Positions 51,585-61,699 of a stretch of DNA of 64,000 nucleotides are shown here, piece after piece. The position numbers and the translations under genes were made by a program. Positions within the stretch are counted from its first letter, which is position 1, and each line of letters starts with the position of its first letter. Source of the stretch: Hydrolagus affinis (taxonomy: Eukaryota); assembly GCA_012026655.1 (NCBI GenBank), contig JAAILG010001360.1:1-64000 (forward strand), in the 5' to 3' direction. A model generated the notes under the pieces. That model did no database searches. It was not told where the DNA came from and worked only from the letters and a program-made list of their open reading frames with translations.

Positions 51585-52300
51585 CTGTTTTAGTTCAGAG
51601 AAGGTTACAAGGAGACATAATAGTAATAATAATAATCCTTGCATTTGATATAGTGCTTTTCACATCGTATCGACATCTCAAAGGGCTTCACAGAATATAC
51701 TGTAAAGTGAATTGACTGCATATTTGTGGGCAAAAGGCGGTAGCCAATTGCACACAGCAGTGTCCCACAAACAGTCATGGATTGAAATGACCAATTTTTA
51801 TTATTATGTTTTTTTTGGAGGGATTCTTATTAGGCGTGTGGAGTAAGGAAATTTGCCCAAGGTTTCGCCCTGATCTGCCTGGATTGGAACACAGGTCTCA
51901 CACTTGTAAGGCGAGTGCTCTAACCAGAGCTACAGGAGCTTGAGGTTTTCAAAATCATGAGGGGATTTGATAGGGTAAACGGAAAAACTGTTTCCACTGG
52001 TGGGTGTGTCAGTGACCCGAGGTCACAGATTTAAAATAGTTTGTAAAAGAAGCAAAGGGGAGGTGAGAAATTTTTTTGTGCAGCGAATTGTTTGAATCTG
52101 GAATGCATTGCCTGAAAGGGTGGTGGAAGCCGATTCAATAACAACTTTTAAAAGAGTGATGGATGGTAATTTGGGGAGGACAAGTTTATGGAGAGAGTCA
52201 GAGAGTGGGATTGACTTTGAATAGCTCTTTTTGAAGAGCCGGCACAGACATGATGGGGCAAATGGCCTCCTTTGTGCTGTAAAATTACTGAAGACTTCCA
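51585..52300 (+). mobile_element. CR1 LINE 3' fragment interrupted by a SINE
   Basis: cagagaaggttacaaggagacataatag [SINE] gaggttttcaaaatcatgagggg..., then CR1 3' UTR. Confidence 0.85.
51622..51940 (-). mobile_element. tRNA-SINE, full length, nested in CR1
   Basis: (aat)n tail through gagctacaggagc head. Confidence 0.9.
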
Positions 52301-53237
52301 AGATTGACTGAAACTACAGGATGCCCAACATTGCTCCTTGCACCTACTAAAGCTTACTAGAAACATTTCCATGTCAAAATATGACTTAGAGAAGAATTTT
52401 TTAGTTTATGTCCTGTTTGTCAAATCTTTGTATGGGAGGGATGAGCAAGTGATGGCTGGGACCCGATTTTGGCAGTATTGGGATAGTCTGAAAATCCAGG
52501 TTAAATGGCACTAGTATCTGCATTATTTTCTGTAAAATAATTGCAGTGATTGACTCCCAACTAAAAATGTATTTTGCCCTAAAAAAAAGACATGCTCATC
52601 ACTATTGAACCAGTGTCTCCCTATTGTGATATAATCGGATGGAACAGATTTCCTGCTGAACTTTTTGGATCATATGGCAGAAAATCACCTAGCTCCAGTG
52701 AGCAAATTACCCTTGTTCCTGGCTAACGAACCATATCCTCAAATAACATCACAGCGGCGAAAGGATGCCTGTAATAATCCATTGCTGATTGATCTCTCTG
52801 ATCACTAAATAGTGGCCTCTGTGACCACATAATGCAATTTATGGGTTTTTGATAGTTCCCAGCTTGTTTCAACTCATAGTAAGAGATCAAAAGGTGTGTG
52901 AGAAGGGTCAATGATTTATACACCAATGGTAGGACAGAAAGAGGAACAAGCGGTAGACCAAGTTGCATACAATGGTAGACAGGATTATTTTCCACTGAAA
53001 CGTCAACAGGAGTCCAAAAGGAGATAACGTGTATGGGAGCAAGTATGAGAGGCAGCAGCGCATGCAAATGGACATTTACAAGAAACTTCATGTAGAGAGT
53101 GGTGATAATGTGGAGCTCACTGCGGTTGAAGCAAAAAAAGAGGAAACATGATTCGCACATTTGAGAGAAGGAAAGGGGTGAGAGGTGTTGATGGGGCTCT
53201 TGTTGGGTATAAATAAGGCATGGAAAGGCTTGTTAAC

Positions 53238-53500
53238 AATAATAATAATCCTGGCATTTGTTATCGTGCTTTATCGCATCTTTGAGTCATCTCAAAAGTT
53301 ACATTTTTTTTAAAAAAATTGTTGCGACGAATGCTCTGTCCCCAGGCCAGTGTGGTTCCCTGCGATTCCGATCAACAACAAAATTACATTTGTGATCGCG
53401 GCGCCTTTCACACCGGGAGGACGTCCCAACAACAACAAAGTGACACTTGTATAGCAACTTTCACACCGGGAGGATGTCCCAACGCACTGGGCAGACAGTC
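53238..53500 (-). mobile_element. SINE tail plus two tandem solo L2 tails just upstream of the TMEM168 promoter
   Basis: aataatcctggcatttg..., and caacaacaa...tttcacaccgggagga(c/t)gtcccaac twice (53373-53430, 53428-53490). Confidence 0.7.
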
Positions 53501-53599
53501 TCCGGACCGGAGCTGGGGGAAGGAGGTTGATACCTAGTTGATCAAGAAGGGATCTGTTAACCCAAAGTGAGCAGCTCCTCTCACTCACTGTCTAGTTAC

Positions 53600-54420
53600 A
53601 CAGAGTGGAGCTGGCACTGAAGTCGCGCATGCGCGCTTGTCTCAGCAATGTTGCCGGGTTGGGCGCTTTCACGCCGAATTAGGCGGGTTTCCTCGGTGGT
53701 CACTGAAACAAACGGGTTCGGGCGTTTATTTTCAGAAAAATAAAACCGCAGAACGTTTAATTCTGCCCCCCGACCCTCCTTCGAAGACCTTTTTTCCTTT
53801 TATATGGTTTCAGAAACACTGGGCTACCCGTAGGAATGCCGCGGCATCATGTTGGGCTACTTTTGGGCTAGTATCTGGTGGGCTTTGGGCTACAAACGAT
53901 TTTAATTTCCGGCCACACCCCCGATACAAGATGGCGACTGGTGAGGAGGCGGTGGAGTGAAGGAAGCTCGGCTCAAACAGAGGCTCCGATAATCACCGTC
54001 AGCCCGGCTCAGTACAGCACCGCACCCGGCGCTTCCTTCTCCTCTTCTGGCCAGGAGGTAAAGAGGAGATCGCGGACCCTGGCTTCACTCAGCCCCAGGT
54101 CAGCCCAGCCCAGCCCCCCCCACCCTCCATACCCCGGCCCAGTCTAACCATAAACCTCCTTGCGGCACAGGCCCCTTCACTGCTCACAAGTTTCCTGACT
54201 CCACCCGCCCCTGGTTAAGTCAGTAAATAGGCATCCGGTTGTGAGATCGCTTTCCAGGGGGACATTAAAAAAAATAACAATTTAGTCACTCAATCCATCA
54301 AGGACTGTTTAAACGTGGGACCCCCGCTGTGCGCAGCCGGTTGCGCCGCGTTTCACCCACAAAATGCTTGTCCCCCCAAATCAGGATTACTTCTGACACT
54401 CTCCTCTTTTCATCCACCAC
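53600..54420 (+). promoter_or_regulatory. TMEM168: CpG-island-like housekeeping promoter of TMEM168
   Basis: Sharp rise in GC and CpG. NRF1 palindrome CGCGCATGCGCG at 53624-53635, ETS-like TTCCGG at about 53907, CCACACCC (KLF/SP) at 53913-53920, YY1 motif CAAGATGGCG at 53927-53936. Confidence 0.8.
53920..54057 (+). other. TMEM168: Probable non-coding exon 1 of TMEM168
   Basis: YY1 motif typical of TSS-proximal positions. Candidate donors CTG|gtgagg (53940/1) and GAG|gtaaag (54057/8). TSS and donor choice are inferred. Confidence 0.5.
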
Positions 54421-55254
54421 CCCCGCACCCTCTCTCTCCACTATAGTCCACTTTAAATGGAGGAGAAAACGAGAAGTTAAAAGAAGAATGCAACAAATTG
54501 CTTGAAAGAGCGATCTCTCCCCCATCCCCATAAAGTTCAGCCTTCAAAGTTTCAGGTGCGTACCAGGCGTATTTCTATTCACTTTGTGAATAGCTGCCAT
54601 CTCACTACATCTTTGAAGGGCTGACGTGGTAATTTTGTGTGTAGCTTCCTCGGAAGAATTTTACTTCAGGCATTCTTGTAAATTATTTAAAAGATGTCAA
54701 TTAGTTCTAGGTAACCTGTAGGTAAAATGAGCTGACTCGGGATGCTGAGATCATAACAAATATCTTGATCCTTCTTGTTTCAAAATTTTGGCATGACATT
54801 GTAACACGCAATTGTCATAAGTTTGTGGAGCCAAAAGTGCAATCTGCCTTAATATAGCAATAATATTGGATATTCCACGTTGAATCACCAGCTCCTCTGA
54901 AATATGTGCTTTGATTTAGATTCTGTTAAATTTTATATTAACTGTAAAAAATTGGATATCGTTACTTTCATTCTTTATCCCTTTCACCAAAAATGTTGAA
55001 CTCAGTGATACCAATACATATTTAACCACGTTACAGGATAAATATTTACATATTAATGGTCTTTAAATTTAAAAGCAAGTAATTAGATCTGAGTAATGGT
55101 AACTATCTTAAAAGACAACAGTGATGGAAGAGGATTGAGGGTGTGGGACGTGTCCCAAATCTAAAAGAAGTAGAGTATTAGAACAGTTTTTTTGTCATAC
55201 AGTTGATTTATTTGGTCAACAATTAAAACTTTGCATTTGTTGGAATTATCATAT

Positions 55255-56908
55255 TCTGTATAGTTGATGTAGTTTATATGAACGCTTTATCTTATGTGAT
55301 AAAGTGGCACATAAGATACTTGCAAACAAAATAAAAGCTCATGGTATTAAAGGGACAATGGCAGCATGGATACAGAACTAGCTGGGAGACAGAAAGCAGA
55401 GTGATGATGAATTGTTGTTTTCCTGATTGGAGGAAAGTGTACAGCGGTGTCCCCCGTGGGTTGGTATTGGGACCACTGCTGTTTTGGGTCTTTTTAGTGA
55501 CCTGGACTTTAGGTATGGGGAGTACAGTTTCCATATTTGCTGATGATACAAAGCTGGGAAAAGTAGTCAACAATGAAGAGGGTAGTGGCTGACTACAAGA
55601 TGACATAGACAGACTGGTAAAATGGGCAGACATGTGGCAGATGAAGTTTAATGTGGATGCATTTTTGAAGGAAGAATGAGGAGAGGCAGATAAGCTTGAT
55701 AGTAGAATCTTAAAGGGGGTGAAGGAACAGAGAGGCAGTCCTGGGGGTTCATATCAATAAATCTTTGAAGGTGGCAGGAGAGGTAGATAAAGCTGTTTTT
55801 TTAAAAAAAAAATACATATGGGAATTTAGGCTTTATAAATAGGTACATAGAATACAGTAAACAAAACACTGGTTAGGCCTCAGCTGGAGCACTGTGTTCC
55901 ATTCTGGGCACCACACTTCAGGAAGGATGTCAAGATATTGCAGAGGATACAAAGGAGATTTGCCAAATGGTACCAGGTATGAGTGACTTCAGTTATCACG
56001 AGAGGCTAGAAAAGCTAGGATTATTCTCCTTGGAGCAGAGAAGGTTAAGAGGAGACTTCAAAGAAGTTTTCAAAATCATCAGGATTCGATGGGGTGAACA
56101 AGGAGAAACTATTTATATTGACGAGTGGGTCAGTAACCCGAGGACACCAATTTTAAATAGTTGTTAAAAGAAATAGAGAGAAGGTGAGGAGAAATGTTTT
56201 CATGCAGCAAGTTGTTTGGATCTGGAATCCATTGCCTGAAAGGATGGTGGAATCCGATTCGATAACAAATTTTAAGAGAGAAATACAACAACTTTGATAT
56301 ATATAGGGCCCTCTAGGCCGGTCGGTGTCTCAGAGCGCTTCACAATAACGGATCCCTGGCCCGAGTAAGGGGCATGGGAAAAAAGGTGACTGAAGGCGCG
56401 GTCGAAAAGAAAGGTCTTCAGCTGAGTCCTGAAACTAGGAAGAGGGGGGTGAGGCGAAGGGAGTTCCAGAGCTTCGGGGCGTAGTGGCTGAAGGCATGGC
56501 CGCCGATAGTGGAGCGGAGGATTCGGGGGACAATGAGAAGACCAGAACCGGAGGAGCGAAGGCAACAGGTGCAGTATTGGGGAGAGAGGAGGTCAGAGAG
56601 GTAGGGGACTGCAGAGGAATGGAGAGACTTGAAAACAAAGTGTAAGGATCTTGAAATCATAGATATCATAGAATTGTAGAAATCATAAAAGTACAACAAC
56701 AGCTTCAATTTATATAGCGCTCTCCACGCCAGATGGCGTCTCAGAGCGCTATATAAAGTAGATAGTTATTTGGGGAGGAGAGGTTTGCAGGGCTATAGGG
56801 AAAGAGAGCAGCGGAGTGGGATTGATTTGGACAGCCCTTTTCAAAGAGCCGACACAAACACAATGGGCTGAATGGCCTCCTTCTGTGCTATATAATTGAT
56901 TCTATGAT
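55255..56908 (+). mobile_element. CR1 LINE RT/3' fragment (decayed), split by inserts at 56283-56757
   Basis: SGVPRGLVLGPLLF, SIFADDTKLG, ERLEKLGLFSLEQRRLRGD, tail gattctatga. Confidence 0.9.
56283..56645 (-). mobile_element. L2 3' fragment nested in CR1
   Basis: FKSLHSSAVPYLSDLL...TIGGHAFSHYAPKLWNSL and LKTFLFDRAF. Confidence 0.85.
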
Positions 56909-57921
56909 ATAGTAATTCAAGAGTTTTCAAATTCAACAGAGCCACAATCTATTTTTAAAGGTTATTTTGTTGTCCAGTATGATTCCATATTTGAGTTGTG
57001 TTTCAAAATTAAATTGCCACATTGAATTATACAACAATACAACTACTATATTGTTTGGATCAATGTGGGTGAAGAGAGGGTGATTGTATAGCGCTCTGAG
57101 ATGCCGTCTGGCGTGGAGGGCGCTATATAAATCAAAGTTTCACCCCTTTCTGTGGGTGTGAATCTGCCACTAATTATGCATCTAGGTTTAAGATCTCTAT
57201 ATTGTCTGAAATATGAATGTCCCAGTCATAGTCAATGCTCAGCTGTAGATCTTGAACGGACGATGTCATCAATGTATAGTATTGTAATTGTGGCCAATCT
57301 TAAATGGTCAGCAAGTAGCCTAAATTAATCTGGCAGAGGAAAAGCATTGCACAATTCCAATCCATATATTAAAAAATTTATCCAAATTGATTAATTTTAT
57401 TCGCCTGTCCTGGAAAGTTTCAAGTTGTTATAAATGGCTACCTCATGCCACAGCAGAATAAAACTTCAATATGTGACATCATAAAAGAAATACAGTACTT
57501 GACAAATAGAAGTCAAATGAATATTGGGGTCCATCTTATGAAGGATGTATTTAAATATTGGTTGTAAATTTTGTACAACATATGGTGAAGATAAACTTAT
57601 GGTAATGAAATACATGGTGAATTGCGTATTACAAGATACATTTACTCATTAGAATGGCAGAAACATCATTAACAGTAACCACAATCACAGAGGTAATGTT
57701 TTTCGATTCTTATCACCATGATTGCACACTTTCAGTGAGATAATGTAAACTTGCCTTTGAAAAATAATTGTAAAGCAGTGAGCTAATGTGAACTTTCATA
57801 AATTATATACACTCTAGAACTTAAATTACATCACTTTACTGAATACTGTTTTGGTGAGGATACAATTCTGGGACTCGTTCATTGGGTGCCAAATTATTTA
57901 AATTTCAACCTTAAAATAAGA

Positions 57922-58308
57922 GTCCTGTATTTTAATGGTTAGAGCACACGCCTCACAAGTGAAGTGCCTGGGTTTGCTTCCTGGGTGGGCCAAAATATTG
58001 GGCATATTTTCTTACTCCACACACATCTGTTTACTTAGCAGTAATTAGTTGATTGACGGATTGCATTTCTAGTGATAATGATATCTAGTGATATTGATAT
58101 CACTTCAAAAAAAATAATAATAATAATTTGATCACTTAATCCATGACTGTTTATGTGGTACTGCTGGTGTACTGCTGTATGGAATTGGCTGCTTTGTTTC
58201 GCCCACAAAACGCAGTGTCTACACTTTACAATATATTCTATGAAGCACTTTGAAACATCTAGGAGATGTGATAAGGTGTTATATCAAATGTATGGATTGT
58301 TATTATAT
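57922..58308 (+). mobile_element. tRNA-SINE, long subfamily (degenerate)
   Basis: gagtcctgta...tggttagagcac head, body, tatcaaatgtatggattgttattat tail. Confidence 0.8.
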
Positions 58309-58402
58309 TTAAAACATTTGATTTGATTAATGCCTTGCAGCTCACTCCCAGTTATTCTATATGTGTTTTCTGTTTCTAAATGTTGTGGTGTTTTATTTTA
58401 AG

Positions 58403-58552
58403 GTTTTCGCTGTTAGGAGTCTGAGTCTTCAATGAAGCTTCATTTGTGAAAAATGGAACAGTAGAATATGAACAGCATCTGGACTGTATGTTTCAGACCT
58501 GCACCAAACTAAAATCACCAGAAATTGGACAGAACCTTGACAATCATATTAC
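58403..58552 (+). other. TMEM168: 5' UTR portion of TMEM168 exon 2 (contains four uATGs)
   Basis: Acceptor gtgttttattttaag|G at 58402/3, followed by 150 nt before the main ATG. Confidence 0.6.
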
Positions 58553-59689
58553 ATGTGTAAATCACTGCGTTACTGTGTGAGCCACTGTCTTTATGCAGTC
58601 ATGACTAGGCTGGAAGAACTTAACAGAGAAACAAATATGCATTCCTCGGTACGATACCTTGGGTATCTGGCAAATATAAATTTGCTAGTGGCCATTTGTA
58701 TGGGACTGTATGTCAGATGGGAGAAGACAGAAAATATATTGCTGCTTGTCATCTTCATCCTTGGACTCTTTGTGGTTGGCATTGCTAGCATATTGTACTA
58801 CTACTTCTCCATGGAATCAGCAAGCTTGAGTCTTTCACACCTCTGGTTTGGATTTTTGCTGGGCCTGCTCAGTTTTATAGATAATTCGGAATTTCAATAT
58901 GACGTGAAGGAAGAAGCCACCAAATACTTACTTCTGACAAGCATTGTGATTCGAATTTTATGGGCTGTGGTGCAGAGAGTTTGTGGATGTGTCCGACATC
59001 AACCTGCACTCTTAACTTCTGCGGAGTTCCTGGAACTAGTTGGATTTGCCATAGTCAGCACTGCCATGCTGATGCCTAAATGCATGAGTGTCATCTTGCT
59101 TGTTTTGGCATTGTCAATGTTGATTATTGATCTACGGATGAAGTCTTTCCTGGCAGTTCCAAATTTGATAGCCTTTGCAGTGATTACATCCCTGTTGTTC
59201 TTTTCATCTTTGAAGATTAAAACTAACCCATTTGCCTTAGTTTGTTATTTTAGCCGCCTGATCTGTGACCCTGTGCTGGATCTTTACTTCAGTGGTTTAT
59301 CTGTTACTGAACGATGGAAGCCTTATCTGTATGGCCGGACACTGTGCAGAAGACTTTCCGTACTTCCTGTTGCATCTGTAGAACTCATATTTTTTGTCCT
59401 TTCTGCATTAAAACTGAACGACTTAGATCATTGGTATTTTTTGATACCTGGGTTTGCCATATTCGGAATCTTTTGGTTGATCTGCCATACAATATTTCTC
59501 ATAACCTTCTGGGGTTTTCATACGAAACTCAATGACTGCCAAAAGATCTACCAAACGCATAGAATAGACAACAAGAGTCTGGATTGTGTCATGGCATCCA
59601 AGGGAATGCGCCATTTTTGTCTGATTTCAGAACGATTGGTCCTTTTTAGTCTTTTATCTACAGCAATTTTGGGCACAGTCTCCTGGCAG
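58553..59689 (+). CDS. TMEM168: Transmembrane protein 168, first coding exon (379 codons, multi-pass TM region)
   Basis: [22 protein letters not shown]...[11 protein letters not shown]...[17 protein letters not shown]...VSWQ is the TMEM168 N-terminal two-thirds. Donor CAG|gtatgt. Confidence 0.96.
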
Positions 59690-59921
59690 GTATGTAATGA
59701 ATAGCACTGCTGTTTGGCTAAGGATTTTTTTTTCTTTTCTACATTTAGGTTCTGAAAACATTGACCTGCAAGTTCAAAGTGTTAACTGGGCTGATAATGT
59801 TTTCTTGAGAACAGCACATGCATTTGTACATAAATGCAATTTCAGCACCTTGTGACATCCTCCCAACACGAAAGACACTTTACAAATGTAATTTTGTTGT
59901 TGCAAACACTTTTATTTACAA

Positions 59922-60182
59922 AATAATAATCCTTGCATTTGATATGGCACATTTCACGTCTTCTAGACATCTTAAAGCACTTCACAGAATATACTTGAAA
60001 GCGAATTGACTTTGTGGGCAAAATGCGGCAGCTATTTTGTGCACATAGTGTCCCACAAACAGATGATCAATTCAAGTGACCAATTTATTGTTATTTTTTG
60101 AAGGGATTATTCTTGGGTGTGTGGAATAAGGAAACTTTCCCAAGGTTTTGCCCTGACCTGCTGGGAAATTAACCCAGGTATC
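59922..60182 (-). mobile_element. tRNA-SINE (head truncated)
   Basis: aataataatccttgcatttgatat... through aacccagg. Confidence 0.82.
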
Positions 60183-60199
60183 CATTTTCGATCCACTTA

Positions 60200-60340
60200 C
60201 AGTGCTTTTAGTCATTTATCGACTCCCCAGCCGCCCCTCAGTTCCTACCTCTAGATCGGGTACCAAGGTGGGATTGTTAGGCACCTTGGGATATCCCTCT
60301 GATGTTAAAAGTGCTCCATAAATGTAACTTCATATTGTAT
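60200..60340 (+). mobile_element. L2 3' tail fragment
   Basis: ggcaccttgggatatccctctgatgttaaaagtgctccataaatgtaac. Confidence 0.55.
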
Positions 60341-60398
60341 CTTAAATATCAAACTGTGCTATTTAATGATATGTTCCATCTGTTTATTTACATTGCAG

Positions 60399-60541
60399 CC
60401 AACCAATGGGACCTTTATGAGTGTGTTCCTTGTTGTTTTACCATTGGAGTCGTTAGCTCATGGTCTGTTTCACGAATTGGGCAATTGTTTAGGAGGAACA
60501 TGTGTGGGATATGCTGTTGTAATTCCCACAAATTACTGCAG
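60399..60541 (+). CDS. TMEM168: TMEM168 coding exon
   Basis: Acceptor ttacattgcag|CCA, donor AG|gtaaat. [47 protein letters not shown](S). Confidence 0.95.
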
Positions 60542-61120
60542 GTAAATTATATTGTGATATGATATATTGATATACAGTATCATGATATATACTCTTCATG
60601 CACAGGAATAGCAACAGTTAAGATAATTTGAGCAATTCTTTTTCTTAAGGAACCTAGATCTTAAAACTTTACTTTTACTTAAGCTTTTTGAAGATTTATA
60701 TGCGTTGTACTGGTACCTTTGAAATACCTTAAAGCTACAGAGCTACTTCTTATAAAATGTTTGGGATGCTCAATAACTGCAATTGGAAGTTTGTCAAGCC
60801 TACTTTAGTTGTATGAACTATGTTGCAATATGGTCTGATCCATATGGTTAGTGTGCACTCATACTATAATCTGTATACTGATACATTCCCACCTGCTGTA
60901 GATCTGATATGGAAGAGACAAGGCTTTCCGTTTTAGAATATCTGCTGTTGAGGTTAGGGAATACAATTGCTACCAATACAATATCTTGCTCCACTTTAGA
61001 CAAACTTGTAAGCAGAATAGCCAGCATAATATAATGTGTCCTTAATGCATTTAGTGGATGTTATTTTAGCCTATGAACAGTTTCTGCAGGAAGTTACTTG
61101 CATTATTTTCTTTTCTATAG

Positions 61121-61395
61121 TCCTGATGGGCAGCCAACACTCCTTCCGCCTGAGCATGTTCAAGAGTTGAATCTTCGTTCCACGGCTACGCTAAGTGCTA
61201 TCCAGAGATTTTTTGCCTTTCACATGATTGAGACCTGTGGCTGTGACTACTCCACTAGTGGCCTTTCTTTGGATACACTTCAGTCAAAAGTAAAGGGATT
61301 TCTTGATCTGCATACACAAGATGGACCCAGACACGATACCTACATCCTGTATTACAGTGGTCATTCTCACAGTTCGGGTGAATGGGCATTAGCAG
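61121..61395 (+). CDS. TMEM168: TMEM168 coding exon (final exon lies beyond the window)
   Basis: Acceptor ttttcttttctatag|T, donor G|gtatag. (S)[21 protein letters not shown]...[25 protein letters not shown]. Confidence 0.95.
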
Positions 61396-61699
61396 GTATA
61401 GTATGGGGAAGATATTATCATTGATTTTTATGAAAGGTTAATTAGCATTTTTGATTGTTTCTTAATTGTTACTTTACCACAGTGAGCCTTGTACTTCAAT
61501 TTATCTATAAATTACTTTCAAAGGTTTTTCTTTCCTGAAAACCTTTTTTCTTAAATCCCTTCCATTCCTCATGTAAGTGAACACAGGGGCTCCTCTGCCT
61601 TTCATAGTGTCATTCTATAACTGATGGATATGATTGAATATCCTGTGCTGTTTTGCCCTCGGATTTTTACATTTCTGCTGGAGGATGCAATTCCCATTC

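Noticed and set aside
52723-53160. 145-aa minus-strand ORF divergent from the TMEM168 promoter
   Set aside because: Starts within degenerate CR1-like sequence and has no recognisable homology or exon structure.
53637-54147. 107-aa and 89-aa ORFs in the CpG island as a coding exon 1
   Set aside because: Non-ATG starts in GC-rich promoter sequence. The TMEM168 protein begins at MCKSLRY in the next exon.
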